A stretch of DNA of 64,000 nt from an uncultured Alphaproteobacteria bacterium (GCA_902512325.1 CABXIT010000003.1:4416-68415), one strand, 5' to 3'; positions 23,704-33,407 are shown, numbered from the stretch's first letter. Numbers and translations are program-made. Notes: generated by a model not told the origin, from the sequence alone.

Positions 23704-24021
23704 ATGAACATTAAATTTAAAATTAAAAAAGGTGATGAAGTGATAGTCTTGGCAGGTAAAGACAAAGGGAAAAAAGGAAAAATTGTCAAACTTCTTCCAA
23801 AATTAAATAAAGCAATCGTTTCAGATATTAATAAAGTTAAAAAACATCAAAAACCTGGAAATAATGAACCCGGTGGAATTGTTGAAAAGGAAATGCCCAT
23901 TCAAATATCTAATCTAAACTTTTTTGATCCAAAATCTAATAAAGGTGTCAGAATAGGTTTTAAATTAAATAAAGATGGAAAAAAAGTAAGAATTAACAAA
24001 AAAACTGGAACAGAAATTTAG
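23704..24021 (+). CDS. rplX: 50S ribosomal protein L24
   Basis: 105 aa. KOW motif ([20 protein letters not shown]). Confidence 0.96.
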   Translation: MNIKFKIKKGDEVIVLAGKDKGKKGKIVKLLPKLNKAIVSDINKVKKHQKPGNNEPGGIVEKEMPIQISNLNFFDPKSNKGVRIGFKLNKDGKKVRINKKTGTEI

Positions 24022-24022
24022 T

Positions 24023-24574
24023 ATGAGCAGACTTTTAGAAAATTATAAAGCAAACATAATTGAAGATCTTAAGAATAAATTAAGCGTTAGTAATCTTCAT
24101 CAAGTTCCAAAGATAAGTAAGATTGTAATTAATATGGGAATCGGTGATGCAAAAGATGATTCAAAATTAATTGATAAAGCACAAGAGGAACTGTCCTTAA
24201 TATCAGGTCAAAAAGCTGTAAAAACTAAAGCGAAAAAAGCAATCGCTGGTTTTAAAATTAGAGCTGGTATGCCTCTAGGAGCATCAGTAACTTTAAGAAA
24301 CAAAAAAATGTATGAGTTTTTGGATAGATTAGTTAACATTGCTATTCCTAGAATAAGGGATTTCAGAGGATTAAATCCTAATAGTTTTGATGGTAATGGT
24401 AATTATTCTATGGGTATAAAGGAGCAAATTATATTCCCAGAAATTAATTATGACAAGATAGATAAAGTTAGAGGTCTGAATATTACAATTTGCACTACAG
24501 CAAAAAATAATATTGATGCCCTAGAATTGCTTAAATGTTTTAACATGCCTTTTTCAGGCAGAGAGGAAAGTTAA
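24023..24574 (+). CDS. rplE: 50S ribosomal protein L5
   Basis: 183 aa. Conserved L5 sequence (PRIRDFRGLNPNSFDGNGNYSMGIKEQ). Confidence 0.98.
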   Translation: MSRLLENYKANIIEDLKNKLSVSNLHQVPKISKIVINMGIGDAKDDSKLIDKAQEELSLISGQKAVKTKAKKAIAGFKIRAGMPLGASVTLRNKKMYEFLDRLVNIAIPRIRDFRGLNPNSFDGNGNYSMGIKEQIIFPEINYDKIDKVRGLNITICTTAKNNIDALELLKCFNMPFSGREES

Positions 24575-24579
24575 TTTAA

Positions 24580-24885
24580 ATGGCAAAATTAAGTTCAGTT
24601 CAAAAAAATCTAAACAGATTAAAGTTAATTGATAAATTTAGTAATAAAAGAAAAATTCTTAAGAAAAAAATAATGGATAAAACAATATCTATTGAAGAGA
24701 GGTTAAAATTACAAAATAAATTAAATGATCTTCCTAGAAATAGTTCAAATATTAGGTATCGTAATAGATGCAAGTTAACAGGAAGAACAAGAGGTGTTTA
24801 CAGAAAGTTCGGTCTTTCAAGAATTAAAATTAGGGAATTATCAATGTCTGGCGATTTACCAGGCATGGTAAAATCTAGCTGGTAG
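24580..24885 (+). CDS. rpsN: 30S ribosomal protein S14 (long form)
   Basis: 101 aa. RNRCKLTGRTRGVYRKFGLSRIKIRE...GMVKSSW. Confidence 0.97.
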   Translation: MAKLSSVQKNLNRLKLIDKFSNKRKILKKKIMDKTISIEERLKLQNKLNDLPRNSSNIRYRNRCKLTGRTRGVYRKFGLSRIKIRELSMSGDLPGMVKSSW

Positions 24886-24894
24886 GAGGAAAAT

Positions 24895-25293
24895 ATGGCT
24901 TTTAATGATTCTTTATCAGACATGTTAGCAAGAATAAAAAATGCTCATAGAGCAAGAAAATTAATTACTTCTTGTTATAAATCAAATCTTAATATGAATG
25001 TTTTATCAGTATTAAAAGATGAGGGGTATATAAGGGATTTTCAAGATGTAGAGATTAGAAAAGGAATTAATTCTATTCAAATTAATCTTAAATATTATAA
25101 TGGTATTCCTGTTATAAAAAATATTAAAAGGGTTTCAAAACCTGGTATTAGAGTTTATTCAAAAATTTCAGACTTACCAAAAACTTATGGCGGTCTAGGT
25201 ATATCAATCCTTTCAACTCCAATGGGCGTTATGTCAGATAATAAAGCAAGGCAAAAAAATGTTGGCGGTGAAGTATTGTGTGAGGTTTTCTAA
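24895..25293 (+). CDS. rpsH: 30S ribosomal protein S8
   Basis: 132 aa. DMLARIKNA...GGEVLCEVF. Confidence 0.98.
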   Translation: MAFNDSLSDMLARIKNAHRARKLITSCYKSNLNMNVLSVLKDEGYIRDFQDVEIRKGINSIQINLKYYNGIPVIKNIKRVSKPGIRVYSKISDLPKTYGGLGISILSTPMGVMSDNKARQKNVGGEVLCEVF

Positions 25294-25294
25294 A

Positions 25295-25828
25295 ATGTCA
25301 AGAATAGCAAAAAATAGCATAAATATTTCTGATAACGTAACCTGCAAATATGAAAATGGTAACTTTTATGCAAAAGGAAAATTAGGAGAAATGACCCTAT
25401 CTATTAATGATTTATTTAAATTAGAAATTAAGGATAAAGAAATTTATGTCTTACCAAAAGATGATAAAGACAAGCTTAATCCAAACTGGGGAACAACAAG
25501 ATCTCTTATATACAATATTGTCCAAGGTGTTGATAAAGGTTTTACTAAAATACTAGAATTAAATGGCACTGGATATAGAGCAAGTGTTTCTGGGTCTAAA
25601 TTAAAATTACAATTAGGTTTTAGTCATGATATTGATTATGAAGTACCTAAACAAGTAAAAGTTGAATGCCCAAAACAAAATATAATTAAATTATTTAGTT
25701 TCAATAAAGAAATTCTAGGTGCTACTGCAGCAAAAATTCGCTCTTATAGGAAGCCTGAGCCTTTTAAGGGAAAAGGAATTAAATATGAGAATGAATATAT
25801 TTTTAGAAAAGAAGGTAAGAAAAAATAG
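25295..25828 (+). CDS. rplF: 50S ribosomal protein L6
   Basis: About 177 aa from the ATG at 25295 (MSRIAKNSI), 1 nt after the rpsH stop. The track start at 25259 would overlap rpsH by 35 nt. Confidence 0.95.
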   Translation: MSRIAKNSINISDNVTCKYENGNFYAKGKLGEMTLSINDLFKLEIKDKEIYVLPKDDKDKLNPNWGTTRSLIYNIVQGVDKGFTKILELNGTGYRASVSGSKLKLQLGFSHDIDYEVPKQVKVECPKQNIIKLFSFNKEILGATAAKIRSYRKPEPFKGKGIKYENEYIFRKEGKKK

Positions 25829-25840
25829 TTTGGTAAAATT

Positions 25841-26176
25841 ATGATCAAAAAAAGAACAAAAAGAACAAGGTATAAACTGAAAAAAGTTTCTAATAGAAAA
25901 AGACTAACAGTATTTAGGTCTAATAAGCATTTATATGCACAAGTTATCGATGATAGTGTTGGTAAAACTTTAGCTAGCGCCTCTACAAAAGAAAAAAATA
26001 TGGATATTGAAAATAAAGATAGAAAATCTTTAGCTCAAATTATTGGCAAAAATATTGCTCAAAGATCAATTGAAAAGGGTATAAAGGAAGTAGCTTTTGA
26101 TAAAGGCAAATATAAATATCATGGTTTAATTAAAATTCTTGCTGACTCTGCTAGAACTGAAGGATTAATTTTTTAA
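25841..26176 (+). CDS. rplR: 50S ribosomal protein L18
   Basis: 111 aa. RLTVFRSNKHLYAQVIDD...FDKGKYKYHG. Confidence 0.97.
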   Translation: MIKKRTKRTRYKLKKVSNRKRLTVFRSNKHLYAQVIDDSVGKTLASASTKEKNMDIENKDRKSLAQIIGKNIAQRSIEKGIKEVAFDKGKYKYHGLIKILADSARTEGLIF

Positions 26177-26185
26177 GGGAAATAT

Positions 26186-26698
26186 ATGTTTGAAAATGAA
26201 AATAAAGAATTTAATGAGCGCCTAGTAACAATAAACAGAGTTGCTAAGGTTGTTAAGGGTGGAAGACGTTTTGGATTTGCAGCAATTATGATTGTAGGAG
26301 ATAATAAAGGAAGAGTTGGTTATGGTACTGGTAAAGCAAAAGAAGTTCCTGAGGCTGTCAGAAAGGCATCAGAAAATGCAAAAAATAAAATGATAAGAGT
26401 TTCTTTAAAGGATAATAGAACACTACATCATGACGTTGTTGGCAGATATGGTGCTGGTAAAGTTATACTAAGATCTGCTGCTCCAGGTACAGGAATAATA
26501 GCGGGTGGAGCAATGAGAGCTCTTTTTGAATCTTTGGGAATTAAAGATGTGGTAGCGAAATCTATGGGTACATCTAATCCACACAATATGTTAAAAGCTA
26601 CTTTTGATGCGTTCATAAAATCAGAGTCACCTAAATCAGTAGCCGCAAAGAGATCAAAAAAAGTTACAGATATAATTAAAAATAATAAAAAGTCTTAA
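26186..26698 (+). CDS. rpsE: 30S ribosomal protein S5
   Basis: 170 aa. [18 protein letters not shown]...[11 protein letters not shown]. Confidence 0.98.
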   Translation: MFENENKEFNERLVTINRVAKVVKGGRRFGFAAIMIVGDNKGRVGYGTGKAKEVPEAVRKASENAKNKMIRVSLKDNRTLHHDVVGRYGAGKVILRSAAPGTGIIAGGAMRALFESLGIKDVVAKSMGTSNPHNMLKATFDAFIKSESPKSVAAKRSKKVTDIIKNNKKS

Positions 26699-26710
26699 GG
26701 ATTATAACTT

Positions 26711-27172
26711 ATGAAAATTAATCAAATACCATCAAACTTAACTTCTGGTTCTAAAAGAAAAAGAAGAGGACGTGGCTCAGGATCAGGATTAGGTAAAACA
26801 GCAGGTAGGGGTGTAAAGGGTCAAAAATCAAGATCTGGAGTATCTATTAATGGTTTTGAAGGTGGGCAGATGCCTCTTTATAGGCGATTACCCAAGAGAG
26901 GGTTTAAAAATAAGTTTAAGAAAAAAATTCAAACAGTTAATTTTAATAGACTTAACTCAATTATTTCTAAGCATGGTATTGAATCAACTAACATTAAAGA
27001 ATCTGAATTATTTGATAAAAAAATTTTCAATAAATCTAAAGGAGATTTAAAACTTCTAAACTCAGGAGATTTAAAAGAGATTATTAATATTGAAATTTCT
27101 TTTGCTACAAAAAAAGCAATTGAAAAAATTGAAAAATTAGGTGGAAAGATTAAAATAACTAAAAATTTATAA
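26711..27172 (+). CDS. rplO: 50S ribosomal protein L15
   Basis: 153 aa. [25 protein letters not shown]. It starts 12 nt after rpsE, so no rpmD lies between them. Confidence 0.97.
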   Translation: MKINQIPSNLTSGSKRKRRGRGSGSGLGKTAGRGVKGQKSRSGVSINGFEGGQMPLYRRLPKRGFKNKFKKKIQTVNFNRLNSIISKHGIESTNIKESELFDKKIFNKSKGDLKLLNSGDLKEIINIEISFATKKAIEKIEKLGGKIKITKNL

Positions 27173-28512
27173 TGGCTACAGCAGCAGAAAAACTTGCAGG
27201 AAATTTAAATTTTGGAGCTTTCGGAAAAGCAACTGAGTTAAAAAACAGATTATTATTCACTTTAGGTGCATTAATAGTATTTAGGCTTGGTACATTTTTG
27301 CCAATTCCAGGTATTAATCCAATTTCTCTTCAGCAGTTTTTTGAGCAACAATCTTCAGGTATTTTAGGTATATTTGATACTTTTTCCGGAGGTGCATTAG
27401 GCAGAATGGGGATATTTGCTTTAGGAGTGATGCCTTATATTTCTTCATCAATTATTATGACTTTAATGCAGGGATCAATACCATATATGAAAAGTTTAAA
27501 AGAACAAGGTTCAAAAGGGCAGAGACAACTTCGTCAAATTACGAGATATGTAACTGTTTTAATTGCTGCTCTTCAAGGTTACGGAGTATCTATTGGCTTG
27601 GAGTCTATGCAAACTACATATGGAAATATTGTTATTGATCCTGGTTTATTTTTTAGATTAACGACAGTAGTTACATTAGTTGGTGGAACCGTTTTTTTAA
27701 TGTGGTTAGGAGAGCAGATTAGTTCTAGGGGTGTTGGTAATGGGATATCTCTAATAATTACTGCTGGTATACTTGCTAATTTACCAAGTGCTTTTGTTAG
27801 TACATTACAGTTAGGAAGAACCGGTGAGTTAAGCACTGTTTTTATTTTAGGTATTATAATTCTGATATTGGCTCTAATATTTTTTATTGTCTTCATAGAA
27901 AAAGGACAAAGAAGATTAATTGTTCAATATCCAAAAAGGCAGGTTGGAAATAAAATTTATGGTGGTCAAAGTTCTCATTTACCTCTTAAAATAAATACAG
28001 CTGGAGTAATTCCTGTTATTTTTGCATCATCAATCTTGCTACTCCCTAACACAATGTCAGGTTTTGGCGCAGGATCATCAAGTGATATTTTTTTATTTAT
28101 ATCTAGCTATCTTGGCCGAGGACAACCATTGTATTTGGGATTATTTGCAGCAATGATTATTTTCTTTGGATTCTTTTATACTGGAATTGTTTTTAATCCC
28201 GATGAACAAGCAGAGAATCTTAGAAAATATGGAGGATTTATACCTGGTATAAGGCCTGGAGAAAATACATCTAAATATATTGATTATGTGTTAACTCGAT
28301 TAACGACAATAGGAACAATTTATTTAGCTCTAGTAGCACTTTTACCAGAATTTTTAATTTCAAAAACATCTATCCCCTTTTACTTAGGAGGAACGAGCTT
28401 ACTAATTGTAGTTGTGGTAATGATTGATTTTATTAACCAGGTACAATCTCATCTATTTCAACACCAATATGAAGGCTTATTAAATAAAACAAAACTTAAG
28501 GGTAGAAGATAA
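27172..28512 (+). CDS. secY: Preprotein translocase subunit SecY
   Basis: 446 aa with 10 predicted TM helices. Conserved SecY motifs (GIFALGVMPYISSSII, WLGEQISSRGVGNGISL). Confidence 0.98.
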   Translation: MATAAEKLAGNLNFGAFGKATELKNRLLFTLGALIVFRLGTFLPIPGINPISLQQFFEQQSSGILGIFDTFSGGALGRMGIFALGVMPYISSSIIMTLMQGSIPYMKSLKEQGSKGQRQLRQITRYVTVLIAALQGYGVSIGLESMQTTYGNIVIDPGLFFRLTTVVTLVGGTVFLMWLGEQISSRGVGNGISLIITAGILANLPSAFVSTLQLGRTGELSTVFILGIIILILALIFFIVFIEKGQRRLIVQYPKRQVGNKIYGGQSSHLPLKINTAGVIPVIFASSILLLPNTMSGFGAGSSSDIFLFISSYLGRGQPLYLGLFAAMIIFFGFFYTGIVFNPDEQAENLRKYGGFIPGIRPGENTSKYIDYVLTRLTTIGTIYLALVALLPEFLISKTSIPFYLGGTSLLIVVVVMIDFINQVQSHLFQHQYEGLLNKTKLKGRR

Positions 28513-28515
28513 TCA

Positions 28516-29088
28516 ATGAAGTTGGTTTTATTTGGACCTCCTGGTTCTGGAAAAGGTACACAAGCAGCTTTATTAGCTAAGAAAAACAATATACCACATC
28601 TCTCGACAGGAGATATTTTAAGAACTAGATTTAATAAAAATGATAATTTGGCTCAAGAATTATCTGAAATAATATCAAGTGGTAATCTAGTTCCAGATTC
28701 AATTTTAAATCCAATAATTACTGAAAAATTACTAAGTAATGATTGTAAAAATGGTTTTATCCTTGATGGTTATCCGCGTAATAAATCGCAGTCTAATTTT
28801 TTAATAGATTTTTTAACCAAAAATAAATTAGATCTTGATTTAATAATAGATTTCAGAGCTGACTTAAATACAATAAAACAAAGAATTCTGGATAGATCAA
28901 AAATTGAAAATAGACCAGATGATAATTTAGAAGTAATTAAAACGAGATTGGAAAAATATTTTGCTGAAACTCAACCATTAGCAGACATATTCAAAGAAAA
29001 ATTTAAAGGAAAGTTTTTTGAGATAAATGCGATGCAGGATATAACTCAAATTCAATATGATATTGAAAATAGGCTTAAAAATGGCTAA
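28516..29088 (+). CDS. adk: Adenylate kinase (short-LID type)
   Basis: 190 aa. P-loop GPPGSGKGTQ, STGDILR and GFILDGYPRN. Confidence 0.95.
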   Translation: MKLVLFGPPGSGKGTQAALLAKKNNIPHLSTGDILRTRFNKNDNLAQELSEIISSGNLVPDSILNPIITEKLLSNDCKNGFILDGYPRNKSQSNFLIDFLTKNKLDLDLIIDFRADLNTIKQRILDRSKIENRPDDNLEVIKTRLEKYFAETQPLADIFKEKFKGKFFEINAMQDITQIQYDIENRLKNG

Positions 29089-29116
29089 ATTTGAGCCAAA
29101 ATCCCTGTATCAACGC

Positions 29117-29146
29117 TTGACTTTTATATTAATATTAATGTATGCA
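29117..29146 (+). promoter_or_regulatory. Candidate internal promoter for the alpha operon (rpsM-rpsK-rpoA-rplQ...)
   Basis: TTGACT (29117-29122), 17 nt, then GTATGC/TATGCA (29140-29146), the same architecture as the tRNA-Tyr/tuf promoter. The spacer contains the palindromic ATTAATATTAAT (29128-29139). Confidence 0.45.
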
Positions 29147-29180
29147 CCCTCATTCAATTTTTTAATGGACAAATATTAGT

Positions 29181-29561
29181 ATGGCTAGAATTTCAGGTGT
29201 CAATATACCAACAGGAAAAAAAATCCATATCGCACTAACATATATTTTCGGAATTGGACCAAAGATAGCTAATGATTTATGTAATCAAGCATCAATTGAT
29301 AAAGCAAAAAGAGTTAATGAATTAAATGATGATGAATTAAATAAGATAAGAGAAATCATTGATCAGAAACATATGGTTGAAGGTGATCTTAGGAGAAAAG
29401 TCTCAATGGACATAAAAAGATTAAATGATCTTGGGTGCTACAGAGGATTAAGACACAGAAAAAAATTACCTGTTAGAGGTCAAAGAACCCATACAAATGC
29501 AAGAACAAGAAAAGGTAAGGCAGTCGCAATTGCAGGTAAGAAAAAAGTAACTAAAGGATAA
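29181..29561 (+). CDS. rpsM: 30S ribosomal protein S13
   Basis: 126 aa. [10 protein letters not shown]...[29 protein letters not shown]. Confidence 0.99.
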   Translation: MARISGVNIPTGKKIHIALTYIFGIGPKIANDLCNQASIDKAKRVNELNDDELNKIREIIDQKHMVEGDLRRKVSMDIKRLNDLGCYRGLRHRKKLPVRGQRTHTNARTRKGKAVAIAGKKKVTKG

Positions 29562-29562
29562 A

Positions 29563-29949
29563 ATGGCTGATAAGAAAAAAACTAAATCAAAAATCAAAAA
29601 AAAAGTATCATCTGGAGTAGCGCATGTTGTATCTTCTTTTAATAATACAATAATAACTATTACAGATGAAAATGGCAATGCTTTAGCTTGGTCATCAGCT
29701 GGTCATAAAGGTTTTAAAGGTTCGCGTAAGTCTACTCCTTATGCAGCTCAAATTGCAGCAGAGGATGTAGGAAATAAAGCAAAAGAATATGGACTTAAAT
29801 CATTAAAAGTAGAAGTTTCTGGTCCTGGTTCTGGAAGAGAGTCAGCTCTTAGGTCTCTCCAGGCAATTGGATATATTATAACTTCAATAAAGGATGTGAC
29901 TCCAATACCACATAATGGTTGCAGACCTCGGAAAAGAAGAAGAGTTTAA
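29563..29949 (+). CDS. rpsK: 30S ribosomal protein S11
   Basis: 128 aa. [18 protein letters not shown]...[13 protein letters not shown]. Confidence 0.99.
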   Translation: MADKKKTKSKIKKKVSSGVAHVVSSFNNTIITITDENGNALAWSSAGHKGFKGSRKSTPYAAQIAAEDVGNKAKEYGLKSLKVEVSGPGSGRESALRSLQAIGYIITSIKDVTPIPHNGCRPRKRRRV

Positions 29950-29966
29950 ATTACAAGGAGATTAAC

Positions 29967-30989
29967 GTGCTACAAAAAAATTGGATGGAATTAATTAAAC
30001 CAAGCAAAATGGATGTGAATGTTCAGAATGATAGTGATAAAAAAGGTGTATTAATAGCTGAGCCTTTAGAAAGAGGATTTGGACTTACATTAGGTAATGC
30101 AATTAGAAGAGTATTACTTTCTTCTTTACAAGGAGCAGCAATAACTTCTGTTAAAATAAAAGGAGTTGTTCATGAATTTACAACAATACCAGGGGTAAAA
30201 GAAGATTTAACTGACATATTATTAAATCTTAAATCTGTAGCAGTTAAAGTTCACTCAGCAGGATTAAAAAAAATGTATATAAAATCATCTGGTTCTGGTG
30301 AAATAAGGGCGGGAAACTTTGAAACTGACTCTGAAACTGAAATTATGAATCCTGATCAACTAATAATGACTCTTGATTCAAATGCAGATATTGAAATAGA
30401 AGCAAATATAGAAACAGGGAAAGGTTATGTTTCTGCTGAAGTAGCTGAAGATGAAGAAAAGATCATTGGTGAAATTAAGTTAGATGCAATGTTTAGCCCT
30501 GTAATTAGAGCTTCATATAAAGTTGAAAATAGTAGAGTGGGACAAGTTACTGACTATGATAAATTAATTTTTGAGGTCGAAACAAATGGAGTTATAACTC
30601 CTGACGATGCAATTGCTCTTGCTTCAAGAATATTACAAGATCAATTACAGCCATTTATTAATTTTGATGAGCCAGAAATCCAACATGATCAATCATCTGG
30701 AGAAAAACTCTCATTTAACTCAAATCTTCTAAAAAAAGTTGAAGAATTAGAATTATCTGTAAGATCAGCTAATTGCCTAAAAAATGATAATATTATTTAT
30801 ATTGGTGATTTGGTTCAAAAATCAGAATCTGAAATGTTAAGAACACCAAACTTTGGTAGAAAATCTTTAAATGAAATTAAGGAAGTTTTACAACAAATGG
30901 AACTTAATCTAGGTATGTCTGTACCTGATTGGCCCCCAGAGAATATTGATGATCTTGCAAAAAAATATGAGGACCCATTTAATAAATAA
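29967..30989 (+). CDS. rpoA: DNA-directed RNA polymerase alpha subunit
   Basis: About 340 aa from the GTG at 29967 ([12 protein letters not shown]), preceded by AAGGAG at 29955-29960. The track's ATG at 29919 would overlap rpsK. The C-terminal domain is present ([22 protein letters not shown]). Confidence 0.95.
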   Translation: MLQKNWMELIKPSKMDVNVQNDSDKKGVLIAEPLERGFGLTLGNAIRRVLLSSLQGAAITSVKIKGVVHEFTTIPGVKEDLTDILLNLKSVAVKVHSAGLKKMYIKSSGSGEIRAGNFETDSETEIMNPDQLIMTLDSNADIEIEANIETGKGYVSAEVAEDEEKIIGEIKLDAMFSPVIRASYKVENSRVGQVTDYDKLIFEVETNGVITPDDAIALASRILQDQLQPFINFDEPEIQHDQSSGEKLSFNSNLLKKVEELELSVRSANCLKNDNIIYIGDLVQKSESEMLRTPNFGRKSLNEIKEVLQQMELNLGMSVPDWPPENIDDLAKKYEDPFNK

Positions 30990-30994
30990 ATAAT

Positions 30995-31429
30995 ATGAAA
31001 CATAACATTAAACATAGAAAATTAAATAGGACTTCTTCCCATAGAAAAGCATTGTTAATGAATTTATCCAATGCTCTTTTAAAGCATGAACAAATTACAA
31101 CAACTGTGCCTAAAGCAAAAGAGCTCAGACCTTTTGTTGAAAAATTGATATCATTGGGTAAAAAAGGAGATTTAGCTGCAAGAAAAAAAACTATATCTAT
31201 TCTTCAAGATGAAAAAATGTCAAAAAAAATTTTTGATATACTAGCTGATAGATATAAGAATCGTAATGGCGGTTATACAAGAATTGTGAAGCTTGGTAAT
31301 AGATATGGAGATAACGCGCCTACAGCTGTTATAGAGCTTGTTGATAGAGATGAGGATGCTAAGGGTTTAGACTCCGGCCCAGTTATAGAAAAGAAAACAA
31401 CTGAAGAAGAACAACTTCCTCAGAATTAA
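30995..31429 (+). CDS. rplQ: 50S ribosomal protein L17
   Basis: 144 aa. [18 protein letters not shown]...[18 protein letters not shown]. Confidence 0.98.
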   Translation: MKHNIKHRKLNRTSSHRKALLMNLSNALLKHEQITTTVPKAKELRPFVEKLISLGKKGDLAARKKTISILQDEKMSKKIFDILADRYKNRNGGYTRIVKLGNRYGDNAPTAVIELVDRDEDAKGLDSGPVIEKKTTEEEQLPQN

Positions 31430-31431
31430 AT

Positions 31432-31812
31432 TTGCTTAATTTTTTATTTGTTGCCATAGGCGGATCTATTGGGGCTTCATTAAGATACTCGTCCTATATT
31501 TTTTTCAAAAACTATCTATTTTCAAACTATATTTTTCTAAATACACTTTTTGTAAATATTGCTGGTTCTTTTCTAATTGGTTATGCGATTATGTTAATGG
31601 AAAGTAAAAATTTATCTGTAGATTTTATAAAGTATTTTTTAATAATAGGAGTTTTAGGATCTTTTACAACATTTTCTACTTTTTCAATAGAAAGTGTTGA
31701 TTTGCTATTAAGTAAAAAATTTTTGCAAGCATTCTCTTATATGTTTTTATCATTATCTTTGTGTTTATTATTTACTTTCATAGGTTTAAATTTTAATAAA
31801 TTGATAAATTGA
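31432..31812 (+). CDS. crcB: Fluoride ion channel CrcB/FluC
   Basis: 126 aa with 4 TM helices. N-terminal VAIGGSIGASLRY and mid GSFTTFSTFS motifs are typical of CrcB. TTG start lies 2 nt after the rplQ stop. Confidence 0.85.
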   Translation: MLNFLFVAIGGSIGASLRYSSYIFFKNYLFSNYIFLNTLFVNIAGSFLIGYAIMLMESKNLSVDFIKYFLIIGVLGSFTTFSTFSIESVDLLLSKKFLQAFSYMFLSLSLCLLFTFIGLNFNKLIN

Positions 31813-32699
31813 TAAAAAAAATAAAGATAATTACAGACTCAGAAAATCAAAGACTTGATAAATTTTTAAAAAAATCTTTTTCAAGTTTAACTCAAAGCTT
31901 TATTGAAAAAAATTTAAGAAAAAAAAATATTTTAGTAAATAATAAAGCGTCAAAATCTAAATATTTAATAAATAAAGATGATATAATAATAATAAAAAAT
32001 TTTTCTACAGAAATATATTCCGACAATAAAATAAAGAAAATAAATAAAAAAATTGATAATTATTTAATTAAAGATTTTAAAAAATCTATTCTGCATGAAA
32101 ATGATAATTTTTTAGTTATTGATAAATGGTCTGGAATATCTACTCAAGGCGGAACTAATATTAGTATTTCTATTGATACTATTATTAAAAATATATCTTT
32201 TAATTATAATTTAGTTCATAGGTTAGACAGAGATACATCTGGACTTTTATTAATTGCTAAAAATCTTAAATATACCAAAATTTTTGGTAAACTTTTTAAA
32301 TTTCAAAAGATAAAAAAAACTTATTTAGCTTTGTGTGATGGTAAACCTAAATTAAAAGAGTCGTATGTTGATTTAACAATAAAAGATAAAGATAAGAATA
32401 ATAGCGTTCACACAAAAACTTATTATAAATTAATATCATATAATCAAAAAACATCACTGATACAATTTGAGCCAAAAACAGGTAAAAAACATCAGTTACG
32501 AATTGTTGCTAAAAATCTTGGCTGCCCAATCGTTGGTGATAATAAATATAATCTTAATAAATCAAACAAGCAAGAGAACTTAAAACTAAATGCTCATAAA
32601 TTAGAATTTAATATAGAAAATTTTACTTTTAATTATAAATCAAAACTGCCAAAAGACTTTACTGATTTTATAAAAAATAAACAAATGAGTTTTTTTTGA
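31809..32699 (+). CDS. RluA-family rRNA pseudouridine synthase (RluC/RluD-like) with N-terminal S4 domain
   Basis: 296 aa. Catalytic HRLDRDTSGLLLIAK and KTGKKHQLR motifs. TTG start overlaps the crcB stop by 4 nt. Confidence 0.85.
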   Translation: MIKKIKIITDSENQRLDKFLKKSFSSLTQSFIEKNLRKKNILVNNKASKSKYLINKDDIIIIKNFSTEIYSDNKIKKINKKIDNYLIKDFKKSILHENDNFLVIDKWSGISTQGGTNISISIDTIIKNISFNYNLVHRLDRDTSGLLLIAKNLKYTKIFGKLFKFQKIKKTYLALCDGKPKLKESYVDLTIKDKDKNNSVHTKTYYKLISYNQKTSLIQFEPKTGKKHQLRIVAKNLGCPIVGDNKYNLNKSNKQENLKLNAHKLEFNIENFTFNYKSKLPKDFTDFIKNKQMSFF

Positions 32700-32704
32700 T
32701 AATA

Positions 32705-33355
32705 CTATTTAAGATTTCTTATGTTATTTAAAAATATTAATGAAAATTCCTTATCAAATATTTCTTCAGTTATTTCAATCCCTAATTCATGTAATGATGT
32801 ATTTTTAAAATTTTTAAGTCCACAAGCATTTATAAATTTATAATTATTCATGATAGGGTTTATATTAAAACTTAACCCATGATAAGTAATCCAATTTTTT
32901 AATCTTAATCCAATAGCGCCAATTTTTTCTTCTTTATTAAATTTTTTTCCATTCTTGCCAGTGACCCAAATTCCTACTCTTTCTTTATAAGTTGTAGAAT
33001 CTATATGATAGTTTTTTAAAAAATCCATAAGTGATTTTTCAATAACTGTAATAAATTTTCTGATATCTTTTTTTTTGTTATTAAGATCTATCATAAAATA
33101 AACTATTCTTTGTCCTGGTCCATGATATGTTGTTTTTCCTCCTCGATTTGTTTTGACTATTCTTATTTTATTTTTTTTGATAATTTCATTTTCAGTAGCG
33201 CTAGTTCCTTGCGTATAAATATGATCATGATTTAAAAACCATATAAGTTCATTTTTAGATTTATTAAATATTTCACCAACTCTTTGCTGCATAAATTCTA
33301 TAGAATTTTCGTACTCAACTAAATCATACTGTTTTTTTATTTCTATAGTCATCAA
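32705..33355 (-). CDS. lipB: Octanoyltransferase (lipoyl(octanoyl) transferase)
   Basis: 216 aa. RGGKTTYHGPGQ and a conserved GIW...KIGAIGLR motif. Confidence 0.9.
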   Translation of the reverse strand: MMTIEIKKQYDLVEYENSIEFMQQRVGEIFNKSKNELIWFLNHDHIYTQGTSATENEIIKKNKIRIVKTNRGGKTTYHGPGQRIVYFMIDLNNKKKDIRKFITVIEKSLMDFLKNYHIDSTTYKERVGIWVTGKNGKKFNKEEKIGAIGLRLKNWITYHGLSFNINPIMNNYKFINACGLKNFKNTSLHELGIEITEEIFDKEFSLIFLNNIRNLK

Positions 33356-33407
33356 TTTAACTTTATTGATATTATTAACTTATCTGCTATTTAATTCTAG
33401 TAAATAT

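Noticed and set aside
25259-25294. Upstream start of rplF overlapping rpsH by 35 nt
   Set aside because: The conserved L6 N-terminus (MSRIAKNSI) begins at the ATG at 25295, 1 nt after the rpsH stop. The extension is just read-through of the alternative frame of rpsH.
26850-27050. 66-aa plus-strand ORF in an alternative frame of rplO
   Set aside because: It is fully nested in rplO with no RBS, and its composition is typical of an off-frame translation.
27579-27896. 105-aa minus-strand ORF inside secY
   Set aside because: It is antisense to a highly conserved membrane-protein gene, with no independent start or RBS signal.
29138-29179. 13-codon mini-ORF ([13 protein letters not shown]) ending 1 nt before the rpsM ATG; possible leader peptide or remnant
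   Set aside because: Its ATG overlaps the predicted -10 region, so it is probably not within the transcript. It has no RBS and no resemblance to L36 or IF1.
29919-29966. Upstream ATG start of rpoA overlapping rpsK by 31 nt
   Set aside because: The GTG at 29967 has an AAGGAG Shine-Dalgarno 6 nt upstream and gives the alphaproteobacterial RpoA N-terminus (LQKNW.ELIKP).
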